Shown: positions 47,076-56,411, counted from the first letter of the stretch. The stretch is DNA of 64,000 bases from Pseudooctadecabacter sp. (GCF_020627745.1 NZ_JAHDGE010000003.1:41282-105281), one strand, 5' to 3'. Numbers and translations: made by a program. The notes: generated by a model from the letters alone, not told the origin.

Positions 47076-47906
47076 TCAGGCGTGTCGATGGTCCCGGATC
47101 GGGCGGGCGGCCAGGATTGAACGCAGATCGGCGGGCAGCAGAGGATCCGCAAAGACGACACCTGCAAAGTGCCCGTTTTGCCATGTAATCCTTGCGGGAA
47201 TGTCGATGCCCTTGATTGTGATCGTGGCGTCCTGTGAAGGGACCGGATCATCCGGCAGTTTGATTTTTGCCCCCTTGCTGCTGATGTCAAAAATGCGCGT
47301 TCGGAAGTCCATAGCGCCCGTCCGTATGCTTACCGGGATATTGCACATGATCCGTTTGGTGCGCCGTCCCCTTTTTCGAAACAGGTAAACCGCCCCGCCA
47401 AGGGTGATTAGGGTCGTGATCAGCAGGGCCGCGAAAGCGAGAAAATCGGCCGTCCATGCGGAAAAACCGCCCCGGATGCCGCGTGTGGTCAAGTCGGCCG
47501 GATTGCTTGCACTTTCTTGAGGCGAGGACAGCATGAGGTAGGAATGCGTGCCGCAAACCGGAGAACTTGCGGAGAGCATGTTTTGCAAAAGCCGACGCGT
47601 TTCAGGCGCCGCGAGCTGGGCTTGTTTGACAGACGGTGGCGTGTCGGTCGGGACCATGATCTGATCGACCGATGCGGTGTAGTCGCGCAGGGCGGCGCGG
47701 AGGGCGGCATTCCGCGGGAAGAAAGTTTTCAGGATGTCCGTGTTGTCGGCCAGTTGCTGCAGGGTTGTCGTCGTTCGGGTTGTGGGGCCGGTGGCGATGC
47801 GACTTTCAATTCGGTCGATGCTTTTGATCAGGTCACACAAGTCCGCCGCCGCCGGGGAGCCGGTGCCGATCAGAAAAACTGCCATAAGGTATCGCGCGTG
47901 TTCCAA
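47076..47906 (-). CDS. Signal peptide + periplasmic domain + TM + PilZ (c-di-GMP receptor) protein
   Basis: C-terminal part of the listed 674-aa frame; RRTKR and DISSKG PilZ motifs after a TM; TTG start at 47906 with GGAGG SD (start uncertain). Confidence 0.8.
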   Translation of the reverse strand: MEHARYLMAVFLIGTGSPAAADLCDLIKSIDRIESRIATGPTTRTTTTLQQLADNTDILKTFFPRNAALRAALRDYTASVDQIMVPTDTPPSVKQAQLAAPETRRLLQNMLSASSPVCGTHSYLMLSSPQESASNPADLTTRGIRGGFSAWTADFLAFAALLITTLITLGGAVYLFRKRGRRTKRIMCNIPVSIRTGAMDFRTRIFDISSKGAKIKLPDDPVPSQDATITIKGIDIPARITWQNGHFAGVVFADPLLPADLRSILAARPIRDHRHA

Positions 47907-48059
47907 GGAACCTCCGTCCAGAACTGAAGGCATATTGAGGGTGAATCTTTTCCAAAGTCTTAAGCTTGCCGATCCGGACCGCAGGTTGGCCATGGGCTTG
48001 CCCCCAGCTTGCGAAGCGGGGTAAATGACTTCAAAGAAAAGCAAGCGTGAGGGTGTGGC

Positions 48060-49319
48060 ATGCGTCGAGTGGTCGTAACAGGTTTGGGGTTGGTGACGCC
48101 CCTTGCGGATGGGGTCGAGAAAAGCTGGGAGCGTATTTTGGATGCGCAATCCGGCGCAGGACCGATTACGCATTTTGACCCCGAAGGGTTTGGCACGACG
48201 TATGCCTGCGAAGTGCCCTATGGCGACGGCAGTGACGGCACGTTCAATCCTGACGCCTATATGGAGCCGAAAGAGCGCCGGAAGGTCGATGATTTTATCG
48301 TCTTCGCGATGGCGGCCGCCAAGCAGGCCGTCGAGGACGCTGGTTGGCAGCCTGAGGACGCAGCGGATCTGGAACGGACGGGTGTCTTGACGGGATCGGG
48401 CATTGGCGGCCTCAATTCCATCGCCAACACCGCGATCATGATGAAGGAAAAGGGGCCGCGCCGTGTGTCGCCGTTTTTTGTGCCGGGCGCGTTGATCAAC
48501 CTGATTTCTGGCCAGATCGCCATCAAGTACGGGTTCAAAGGCCCCAACCATGCGGTTGTAACGGCCTGTTCCACGGGCGCGCACGCCATTGGCGATGCCA
48601 CGCAGCTGATCAAATCGGGTCGTGCGGATGTGATGATTGCTGGCGGGGCCGAGGCCACGATCTGCGAGATCGGGATCGCGGGTTTCAACGCCTGTAAGGC
48701 GCTGTCGACCAAACGTGCTGATGACCCCAAGGCGGCCAGCCGCCCCTATGACGCGGACCGTGACGGGTTCGTGATGGGCGAGGGTGCGGGCATGGTCGTG
48801 CTGGAAGACTACGATCACGCGGTGGCCCGCGGGGCCAAGATTTACGCCGAAGTGTTGGGCTATGGCCTGACCGGTGACGCCTATCACATCACGGCCCCGT
48901 CTGAGGACGGTGAAGGTGGGGAGCGGTCCATGCGGATGGCGTTGAAGGATGCGGGGCTGGAGCCTGCGGATATTGATTACATCAATGCCCACGGCACATC
49001 GACCATGGCGGATACCATTGAGTTGGGTGCGGTTGAGCGGATGATGGGGGAGGCTGCGTCTAAGGTGACGATGTCCTCCACGAAGTCGGCCACGGGGCAC
49101 CTTTTGGGGGCTGCGGGCGCGATTGAGGCCATATTCTCGATCCTTGCGATCCGCGATCAGGTGGCACCGCCGACGATCAATCTGGACAATCCGGCCGTTG
49201 AAACAAAGGTCGATCTGGCACCCAATGCCAAGGTCGAACGGGAGATCAATGTGGCGCTGTCGAATTCGTTCGGGTTTGGCGGTACGAATGCTTCCGTCCT
49301 GTTTGGTAAGGTCACCTAA
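48060..49319 (+). CDS. fabF: 3-oxoacyl-ACP synthase II
   Basis: VTACSTG, NAHGTST, TGHLLGAAG, SNSFGFGGTN. Confidence 0.97.
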   Translation: MRRVVVTGLGLVTPLADGVEKSWERILDAQSGAGPITHFDPEGFGTTYACEVPYGDGSDGTFNPDAYMEPKERRKVDDFIVFAMAAAKQAVEDAGWQPEDAADLERTGVLTGSGIGGLNSIANTAIMMKEKGPRRVSPFFVPGALINLISGQIAIKYGFKGPNHAVVTACSTGAHAIGDATQLIKSGRADVMIAGGAEATICEIGIAGFNACKALSTKRADDPKAASRPYDADRDGFVMGEGAGMVVLEDYDHAVARGAKIYAEVLGYGLTGDAYHITAPSEDGEGGERSMRMALKDAGLEPADIDYINAHGTSTMADTIELGAVERMMGEAASKVTMSSTKSATGHLLGAAGAIEAIFSILAIRDQVAPPTINLDNPAVETKVDLAPNAKVEREINVALSNSFGFGGTNASVLFGKVT

Positions 49320-49321
49320 CC

Positions 49322-50494
49322 ATGTGGAAACATATCGCCAGCAATGCGCTGACGTTTCTGGTTGTTCTGCTGTTTCTGGCGGGCGGCGTGATTGTCTGGG
49401 GGACCAACCAGTATTCCGCGGAAGGGCCTTTGGATGAGGCGATCTGCGTGCAGGTGCCTTCGGGCAGCAACATGCGGCGGGTCAGTGAAAATCTGGAACG
49501 GGAGGGGGCGATTTCGTCGTCTTCGATTTTCCGGATGGGTGCGGATTATTCCGACAAGACGAGCCTTCTGAAGGCGGGCAGTTTTCTGGTGCCTGCGTCG
49601 TCGTCCATGGAAGAGATCGTGGATATCGTGACGCGCGGCGGGGCAAGCACCTGCGGGACCGAGATTGTCTACCGGGTGGGTGTGACGCGGACGCTGGCGC
49701 AGGTGCGTGAACTGGACCCCGCGACGGGCCGGTTTGAACAACTGGCAAGTTTCGAGCCTGCGGTTGAGGACACGCCTGCGGTTTACACCGAAACCCGAGA
49801 GCAGAGCGATACGCAGTACCGCGTTGTTATTTCGGAAGGGGTGACAAGCTGGCAGGTTGTTCAGGCGCTGAACGCGCTGGAATTCATGGAGGGGCAGGTC
49901 GAAGAGATCCCGCCGGAGGGGCTTCTGGCGCCTGATTCTTATCAGGTGAGCGCGGGGGATTCGGTGGCGGAATTGCTGGCGCAAATGCAATCCGCGCAGG
50001 AGCGCACCTTGGCTGAGGCGTGGGCATCACGGGCCGATGGGTTGCCTTTGGACAGCCCCGAAGAGGCGCTGATTCTGGCGTCGATCATTGAGAAAGAGGC
50101 CTCGACCTCGGATGAGCGGTTTGATGTGGCGTCGGTCTTTGTAAACCGTTTGAATCAGGGGATGCGGTTGCAGACCGACCCCACGGTGATTTACGGCGTC
50201 ACGGAAGGGCGCGGGGTGCTGGGACGCGGGTTGCGGCAAAGCGAGCTGCGGGCCGATAACCCCTGGAATACTTATGTGATTGACGGTTTGCCGGCGACGC
50301 CCATTGCCAATCCGGGTGCGGGGTCCATCGAGGCCGCGTTGAACCCGGCGGACACCGATTACATCTTCTTTGTGGCCAAAACGCTGGACCCGCGCGACGG
50401 GCATAATTTTGCCGTCACGCTGGCCGAACACAACGACAATGTTGCGATTTATCGGCGTCTGGAAGCGGAGCGGGATGCGTCATCTGACAACTAA
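49322..50494 (+). CDS. mltG: Endolytic transglycosylase MltG
   Basis: LASIIEKE, NRLNQGMRLQTDPTVIY, NTYVIDGLP. Confidence 0.95.
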   Translation: MWKHIASNALTFLVVLLFLAGGVIVWGTNQYSAEGPLDEAICVQVPSGSNMRRVSENLEREGAISSSSIFRMGADYSDKTSLLKAGSFLVPASSSMEEIVDIVTRGGASTCGTEIVYRVGVTRTLAQVRELDPATGRFEQLASFEPAVEDTPAVYTETREQSDTQYRVVISEGVTSWQVVQALNALEFMEGQVEEIPPEGLLAPDSYQVSAGDSVAELLAQMQSAQERTLAEAWASRADGLPLDSPEEALILASIIEKEASTSDERFDVASVFVNRLNQGMRLQTDPTVIYGVTEGRGVLGRGLRQSELRADNPWNTYVIDGLPATPIANPGAGSIEAALNPADTDYIFFVAKTLDPRDGHNFAVTLAEHNDNVAIYRRLEAERDASSDN

Positions 50495-50596
50495 AAGGTT
50501 AACGGATGTTCCTATGGGGCGTGCGCTAACACTTTGCTAATTTTTGGGAAATTGGACGGCGGGGGGTAAGTTTCCCCCATGCTGGAAGAGACTTGG

Positions 50597-50636
50597 ACGG
50601 GTCTTGGGGCATTTCACCCCAAGGCCCGTTTTCGTT
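50597..50636 (+). terminator. Intrinsic terminator immediately upstream of the GTA g1 gene
   Basis: 13-bp stem ACGGGTCTTGGGG / CCCCAAGGCCCGT with a 7-nt loop, followed by TTTCGTT. Confidence 0.75.
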
Positions 50637-50674
50637 GGACGATCGGGCGGAGCAACCTGAGAGGGGATTGCCCC

Positions 50675-51028
50675 ATGACAACCCAAAGCGGTGGTAACAC
50701 CACCGAACAGAAATCGGCCGCCGAACGTATTGAGGAGGCTAGGCGGCTTCATTCAAGCATTCGGGACACGCTGAAAGCAGTTTTGGATCTGGTTGAGCAG
50801 GGAGAGCTCAAGGAGGTGGCATCGCTGCCGAAACAGATGACGCAACTGCATCAGGCGTACCTCGATATCAATAAGAAAGAGGCAGAGTTCAATGACAAAC
50901 ACGGAACAGGACTTCGGGACGGGGACATTGATTTCGATGCCGTCCGGGATCAAATCAGGTGCCGCCTTGGTCGCATCCGCAAATGCTGCCGACCAAGCGA
51001 CGTTTCTGAACGGTCTGACGAAAGCTGA
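50675..51028 (+). CDS. GTA g1, small terminase subunit
   Basis: Helical 117-aa protein with C-terminal IDFDAVRDQIRCRLGRIR motif typical of g1 homologs; first gene of the cluster. Confidence 0.8.
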   Translation: MTTQSGGNTTEQKSAAERIEEARRLHSSIRDTLKAVLDLVEQGELKEVASLPKQMTQLHQAYLDINKKEAEFNDKHGTGLRDGDIDFDAVRDQIRCRLGRIRKCCRPSDVSERSDES

Positions 51029-52292
51029 ACTGAGGGCCTTGCCCTTTTTGTTCGCGTTCTGGGCGTTGGACCATCAAGTGCCGCCGGAGGGGGACTGGCG
51101 GACCTGGGTCATTCTGGGGGGCCGCGGTGCGGGAAAGACGCGCGCGGGTGCAGAGTGGGTCCGGTCGATGGTGGAGGGGTCGCGTCCGCGCGACCCCGGC
51201 CCGGCGCGGCGGATCGGTTTGATCGGGGAGACGATGGAGCAGGTGCGCGAGGTTATGGTGTTTGGCGAGAGCGGGATATTGGCCTGTTCGCCGCCTGACC
51301 GCCGCCCTAAATGGAGTGCCACGCGGCAGATGCTGACATGGCCCAATGGCGCGGAAGCACGGCTGTATTCCTCGTTTGATCCCGAACGTTTGCGCGGGCC
51401 GCAGTTTGACGCGGTTTGGGCCGATGAACTGGCGAAATGGCCGAAGGCGGCCAAGACGTGGGAGACGTTGCAGTTTTGTCTGCGGTTGGGCGACAAGCCA
51501 CGGGCCTGCGTGACCACGACGCCGAAGAACGTGGCAGTGCTGAAGGATTTGTTGGCGCGGGATGGCACGGTGCAGACCCATGCGTCGACAGCGGAAAACC
51601 GCGCCAATCTGGCGGACGGGTTTATTGAGGCCGTGCAGGAGCAGTTTGGCGGGTCGCGTTATGGGCGGCAGGAGTTGGAGGGCATCTTGCTGCCTGATGT
51701 GGAGGGTGCGCTTTGGACGTCCGACGCGCTGGAGGCCGTGCATGTGAAAACCGTGCCTGAACTGGACCGGATCGTGGTGGCGGTGGACCCGCCTGCGGGG
51801 TCGGGTGCCACGTCGGATGCCTGCGGGATCGTGGTGGCGGGCATTGTGATGCAGGGGCCTGTCAAGGACTGGCGTGTCTATGTGTTGGAAGATGCGTCTG
51901 TCCAAGGGTTGTCGCCCAATGGCTGGGCGGCGGCTGCCGTCGCCGCGATGGACCGGCACGGGGCGGACCGGATGGTGGCCGAGGTCAATCAGGGCGGTGC
52001 CATGGTGGAGACCATCGTGCGGTCGATTGATCCGACGGTGTCCTATCGGGGTGTTCATGCCACGCGTGGAAAATCCGCACGGGCGGAGCCTGTGGCGGCT
52101 TTGTACGAGCAGGGCCGCGTGCGGCATGTGTCAGGTCTGGGTGAGTTGGAAGACGAGATGTGCCAGATGACGGCGCAGGGGTTTGATGGACAAGGATCGC
52201 CGGACCGCGTGGATGCGCTGGTTTGGGCATTGACGGATCTGTTTCTTGAGCCGTCTGCCAAGTGGCGTGCGCCACGGGTGCGCGGGCTTTAG
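50937..52292 (+). CDS. GTA g2, large terminase subunit
   Basis: GGRGAGKT, LRGPQFDAVWADE, VTTTP, VAVDPP, SPDRVDA; start uncertain (50892/50928/50937). Confidence 0.95.
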   Translation: MPSGIKSGAALVASANAADQATFLNGLTKAELRALPFLFAFWALDHQVPPEGDWRTWVILGGRGAGKTRAGAEWVRSMVEGSRPRDPGPARRIGLIGETMEQVREVMVFGESGILACSPPDRRPKWSATRQMLTWPNGAEARLYSSFDPERLRGPQFDAVWADELAKWPKAAKTWETLQFCLRLGDKPRACVTTTPKNVAVLKDLLARDGTVQTHASTAENRANLADGFIEAVQEQFGGSRYGRQELEGILLPDVEGALWTSDALEAVHVKTVPELDRIVVAVDPPAGSGATSDACGIVVAGIVMQGPVKDWRVYVLEDASVQGLSPNGWAAAAVAAMDRHGADRMVAEVNQGGAMVETIVRSIDPTVSYRGVHATRGKSARAEPVAALYEQGRVRHVSGLGELEDEMCQMTAQGFDGQGSPDRVDALVWALTDLFLEPSAKWRAPRVRGL

Positions 52293-52431
52293 GGCCTGAA
52301 AACAAAGGCGTTTGTGGGGTGTTGCAGGGGCACCGCGCGGGGGCCTCAGACCTTCGTAATCATTTAGATGCAAATTCTATTCAAGTTGCAGCGATTGCCG
52401 CGATTGAAAGCGGGACCCAAGGGAGAGTTGG

Positions 52432-53619
52432 ATGTTTGATTTTCTGAAGCGATCTGATGTTGAGACAGCGCAGGCGGCGCCGTCCGAGGTAAAGGCATCG
52501 GCCACGGGCAAGATTGCCGCTTGGGGGGCTGCGGGTCGCACAGTTTGGGGCGCACGGGATGCGGCCAGCCTGACACGGGTCGGGTTTACGGCGAACCCTG
52601 TGGGCTTTCGCGCGGTCAAGATGATCGCGGAGGCAGCAGCGGCGTTGCCATTGGTGTTGCAAGATGATGTGCGCCGCTATGACAGCCATCCGGTCATGGA
52701 CCTGATCCAGCGGCCCAATGGCGCGCAGGGCCGGGCGGAGCTGTTTGAGGCGTTGTTTGGTCAGCTGTTGTTGACGGGCAATGGCTATGTCGAGGCTGTG
52801 GCCTCTGAGGACGGGCCGGTGGAGCTGCATGTGTTGCGGTCGGACCGGATGTCGATTGTGCCGGGTGCCGATGGCTGGCCTGTGGCCTATGATTACACCG
52901 TGGGCGGGCGCAAGCACCGCTTTGCGGTGGGTGAGGGGGCATCCCCGATTTGTCATATCAAGTCGTTCCACCCGCAGGATGACCATTACGGGTTGAGCCC
53001 GATGCAGGCGGCTGCCACGGCGCTGGATGTGCACAATGCGGCCAGCCGGTGGTCCAAGGCTTTATTGGATAATGCCGCACGGCCATCGGGCGCGATTGTC
53101 TATCGCGGGGCTGACGGGCAGTCGCAACTGTCGAGCGATCAATATGACCGGTTGCTGCATGAGATGGAGACACAGCATCAAGGGGCCAAGAACGCGGGCC
53201 GTCCGATGTTGCTGGAAGGGGGGCTGGATTGGAAGCCTATGGGCTTCAGCCCCTCGGACATGGAATTTCTGAAGACCAAGGAAGGGGCCGCGCGTGAGAT
53301 CGCCATTGCCTTCGGCGTGCCGCCGATGTTGCTGGGGATTCAGGGCGATGCGACCTATGCGAATTACCAAGAGGCGAACCGCGCGTTTTACCGATTGACG
53401 GTCTTGCCGCTGGTCACACGGGTCACGGGTGCGATTGCCGACTGGCTGGGGGATTTCTCCGGTGAGCGGATCGATCTGAAGCCTGATCTGGATCAGGTGC
53501 CGGCCCTGGCGTCCGAGCGGGATGCGCAGTGGAAACGGGTGGGCGAGGCGTCTTTCCTGACGGATGCAGAAAAGCGTCATCTGCTGGGATTGCCCGCGTT
53601 GGAGGTGGGCGATGAATGA
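52432..53619 (+). CDS. GTA g3, HK97-type portal protein
   Basis: NPVGFRAV, YGLSPM, NAARPSGA, AFGVPPMLLG. Confidence 0.96.
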   Translation: MFDFLKRSDVETAQAAPSEVKASATGKIAAWGAAGRTVWGARDAASLTRVGFTANPVGFRAVKMIAEAAAALPLVLQDDVRRYDSHPVMDLIQRPNGAQGRAELFEALFGQLLLTGNGYVEAVASEDGPVELHVLRSDRMSIVPGADGWPVAYDYTVGGRKHRFAVGEGASPICHIKSFHPQDDHYGLSPMQAAATALDVHNAASRWSKALLDNAARPSGAIVYRGADGQSQLSSDQYDRLLHEMETQHQGAKNAGRPMLLEGGLDWKPMGFSPSDMEFLKTKEGAAREIAIAFGVPPMLLGIQGDATYANYQEANRAFYRLTVLPLVTRVTGAIADWLGDFSGERIDLKPDLDQVPALASERDAQWKRVGEASFLTDAEKRHLLGLPALEVGDE

Positions 53620-53830
53620 TCTGCGCGACAGTTTTGAGTGCGGCCCGAGCCTGCGCATTGAGGCCCATGAGAGGCTGGCGGCGCTGCAATTTGCGCAGCT
53701 GAACACCCAGCTGGGCAAGATTGAAACGATGATGGAACGGCTGGAACGCCGGTTGTGGCTGACGGTTTACGGCGTGGTCGGTGTGATCCTGGCGCAGGCG
53801 TTTGAATCCATTTTGACGGCGACCCCCTAA
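53612..53830 (+). CDS. GTA g3.5 small head-associated protein
   Basis: FECGPSLRIEAHER...ERLERRLWLTVYGV between portal and protease. Confidence 0.85.
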   Translation: MNDLRDSFECGPSLRIEAHERLAALQFAQLNTQLGKIETMMERLERRLWLTVYGVVGVILAQAFESILTATP

Positions 53831-53842
53831 GGGAGATTTGAG

Positions 53843-54385
53843 ATGACTTTGGAACATAAATTTATCGCCCTTGGGGATGCCAAGCCGGTTGAAAACGGGA
53901 TCGAGATTTCGGGCTATGGGTCGCTGTTCGGCAAGGCCGATCAGGGCGGCGATGTGGTGGCCAAAGGGGCCTATGCCAAGTCGCTGGAACGCATGGCCGC
54001 GAAGAACAATCGCGTCAAGATGCTGTGGCAGCACGACCCTGAACAGCCCATCGGCGTCTGGGATGAGGTCCGTGAGGATGAGGCGGGCCTGTGGGTCAAG
54101 GGCCGTATTCTGACAGATGTGGAAAAGGGCCGTGAGGCCGCCGCGCTGATTGAGGCGGGCGCCATTGACGGGCTGTCGATTGGGTACCGCACGGTGCGGG
54201 CCACAAAGAATGACACGGGCGGTCGCCTGTTGTCGGAGCTGGAGCTTTGGGAGGTGTCGCTGGTGACCTTCCCGATGCTTCCTGATGCGCGGGTGGGCGC
54301 GAAGGGGGATGACCCCTTTGAGACCGCCATGCGTGATTTGGCAGGGGTGTTTGAGGATGCCCGTGCCGTGCTGGGCGGGATGTAG
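53843..54385 (+). CDS. GTA g4, HK97-family prohead protease
   Basis: MLWQHD, GLSIGY, LWEVSLVTFPM. Confidence 0.96.
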   Translation: MTLEHKFIALGDAKPVENGIEISGYGSLFGKADQGGDVVAKGAYAKSLERMAAKNNRVKMLWQHDPEQPIGVWDEVREDEAGLWVKGRILTDVEKGREAAALIEAGAIDGLSIGYRTVRATKNDTGGRLLSELELWEVSLVTFPMLPDARVGAKGDDPFETAMRDLAGVFEDARAVLGGM

Positions 54386-54424
54386 CCCCGGCGTTTCACC
54401 GAAAAGATCTGAAGGATCACCAAC

Positions 54425-55630
54425 ATGACGACACCCGAGTGCAAGGCTCGGGCCGGGGAAGATGCGCCTTGTGCGGCGACCCCAAGCCCGAACCCAGCCG
54501 CTGAGCTGAAGTCCGCGATGGCGGGCTTTGTGAGCGAATTCAAAGACTTCACGACCAACATTCAAACCAAGTTGCAAGAGCAGGATGACCGCATGACCAA
54601 ACTTGATCGTAAATCTACCTTTGGCGCACGCCCCGCGCTGGCCACCGCTGCCTCTGTTGAGGCGCCCCATCAAAAGGCGTTTGAGGACTATCTGCGGTCC
54701 GGCGATGATGACGCGCTGCGTGGCCTTGAGATGGAAGGCAAATCCATGTCCACGGCTGTGGCCGCCGACGGTGGTTATCTGGTGGACCCGCAGACATCTG
54801 CGACGGTTCAATCCACGCTGGCCGCCACGGCGTCCATCCGTGCGATTGCCAATGTGGTGAACGTGGAAGCCACGTCCTACGATGTGCTGATTGATCACAC
54901 CGAAATGGGTGCGGGCTGGGCCACTGAGGCAGGATCCACCGCCGAGACGGGCACGCCGTCCATCGACCGCATCACCATTCCGCTGCATGAGCTGTCCGCG
55001 CTGCCCAAAGCGTCCCAGCGTCTGCTGGATGACAGCGCCTTCAACATCGACGAATGGCTGGCCGGTCGCATCGCCGACAAGTTTGCCCGTTCCGAGGCCG
55101 CTGCTTTCGTAAACGGTGACGGCATCGACAAGCCCACCGGTTTCCTGACAGCACCGTCTGTGGACAATGACGTTTGGGCCTGGGGCAACCTTGGCTATGT
55201 CGTCACCGGTGCCGACGGCGATTTCAACGGGGCCGATGCGCTGATCGATCTGGTCTATGCGCTGGGTGCTGAATACCGCGCCAATGGTACGTTCGTCATG
55301 AACTCAAAAACGGCCGGTGCTGTGCGCAAGCTGAAGGACAATGACGGCCGCTTCTTGTGGTCTGACGGTCTGACGGCAGGTGAGCCTGCACGTCTGCTGG
55401 GCTATGCCGTTCTGATCGCGGAAGACATGCCCGACATCGGGTCTGACACCACGCCAATCGCCTTTGGTGATTTCGGGGCCGGTTACACCGTGGCCGAACG
55501 CCCTGATCTGCGCGTGCTGCGCGATCCCTTCAGCGCCAAGCCACACGTGCTGTTCTATGCGACCAAGCGCGTGGGCGGGTCTGTTTCCGACTATGCGGCG
55601 ATCAAGCTGCTGAAGTTCGGCACCGCGTAA
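54425..55630 (+). CDS. GTA g5, HK97-fold major capsid protein
   Basis: DGGYLV, ASQRLLDDSAF, GDGIDKPTG, LRDPFSAKPHVLFYATKRVGG. Confidence 0.97.
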   Translation: MTTPECKARAGEDAPCAATPSPNPAAELKSAMAGFVSEFKDFTTNIQTKLQEQDDRMTKLDRKSTFGARPALATAASVEAPHQKAFEDYLRSGDDDALRGLEMEGKSMSTAVAADGGYLVDPQTSATVQSTLAATASIRAIANVVNVEATSYDVLIDHTEMGAGWATEAGSTAETGTPSIDRITIPLHELSALPKASQRLLDDSAFNIDEWLAGRIADKFARSEAAAFVNGDGIDKPTGFLTAPSVDNDVWAWGNLGYVVTGADGDFNGADALIDLVYALGAEYRANGTFVMNSKTAGAVRKLKDNDGRFLWSDGLTAGEPARLLGYAVLIAEDMPDIGSDTTPIAFGDFGAGYTVAERPDLRVLRDPFSAKPHVLFYATKRVGGSVSDYAAIKLLKFGTA

Positions 55631-55648
55631 GCGCGCTGCTGCACGGAA

Positions 55649-55759
55649 CGGTTCTGCCTTCGGGCAGGGCCGGGTCCGGGCGCGTGCGGGGCGCGAGTTC
55701 ATCTTCGCGTTGTCCAGCTGCTTCCTTCCGTCCGAGCAATGCGGGGAGCACGCGTCCGG
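55649..55759 (+). ncRNA. Candidate structured RNA element between GTA capsid and adaptor genes
   Basis: cUUCGg hairpin (55649-55672), then a 12-bp outer stem (55676-55687/55748-55759) enclosing a 10-bp stem (55703-55712/55737-55746) with a pyrimidine-rich loop; folded by eye. Confidence 0.5.
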
Positions 55760-55811
55760 GTTTTCAGCCAAATGGCGGACCCAATTTGAAGACCGTTTTC
55801 GGAGAGACCCA

Positions 55812-56411
55812 ATGATGTTGATTGAAGAAACCACGGTGCCGACAGGGGCTTTGCCGGTCGCCCTGTTCAAAGAACACCTGCGCCTTGGATCGGGCTTTGC
55901 CGATGACGGACTGCAGGACACGCTGATCGAGAGCTTTTTGCGCTCTGCTATGGCGGCGATTGAGGCGCGGACCGGCAAGGCGCTGATTGAGCGCACGTTC
56001 AGCTGGACGTTGACGCGGTGGCGCGATGGCGGTGCGCAGGCGCTGCCGATTGGGCCGGTGAGTGCGATTGTGGATGTGGTTCTGGTGGACCGTCTGGGCG
56101 GTGAGACCGTCGTGGATGCGGCCAGCTATCAGTTGCGTCCTGACATGCAGCGGCCTGTGCTGGCGTCTGTTGCCGCCGCACTGCCCACGATCCCCCAGGC
56201 GGGATCGGTGAAGGTGCAGATGCTGGCGGGCTTTGGCCCCGAATGGAGCGATTTGCCCGCAGATCTGGCGCAGGCCGTGTTGCTGTTGGCTGCCCATTAT
56301 TACGAGTACCGCCATGAGGTGCAGTACGATGGCGGCTGCATGCCCTTTGGTGTCAGCGCCTTGATTGAACGTCACCGGGTGATGCGCCTGACGGGCGGGG
56401 GTGCGGTGTAA
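55812..56411 (+). CDS. GTA g6, head-tail adaptor
   Basis: HLRLGSGF, AAIEARTGKALIER, PADLAQAVLLLAAHYYE. Confidence 0.93.
   Translation: MMLIEETTVPTGALPVALFKEHLRLGSGFADDGLQDTLIESFLRSAMAAIEARTGKALIERTFSWTLTRWRDGGAQALPIGPVSAIVDVVLVDRLGGETVVDAASYQLRPDMQRPVLASVAAALPTIPQAGSVKVQMLAGFGPEWSDLPADLAQAVLLLAAHYYEYRHEVQYDGGCMPFGVSALIERHRVMRLTGGGAV

Noticed and set aside
47907-49100. N-terminal ~400 aa of the listed 674-aa minus-strand ORF
   Set aside because: It is antisense to fabF; only the C-terminal PilZ-containing part looks like a real gene.
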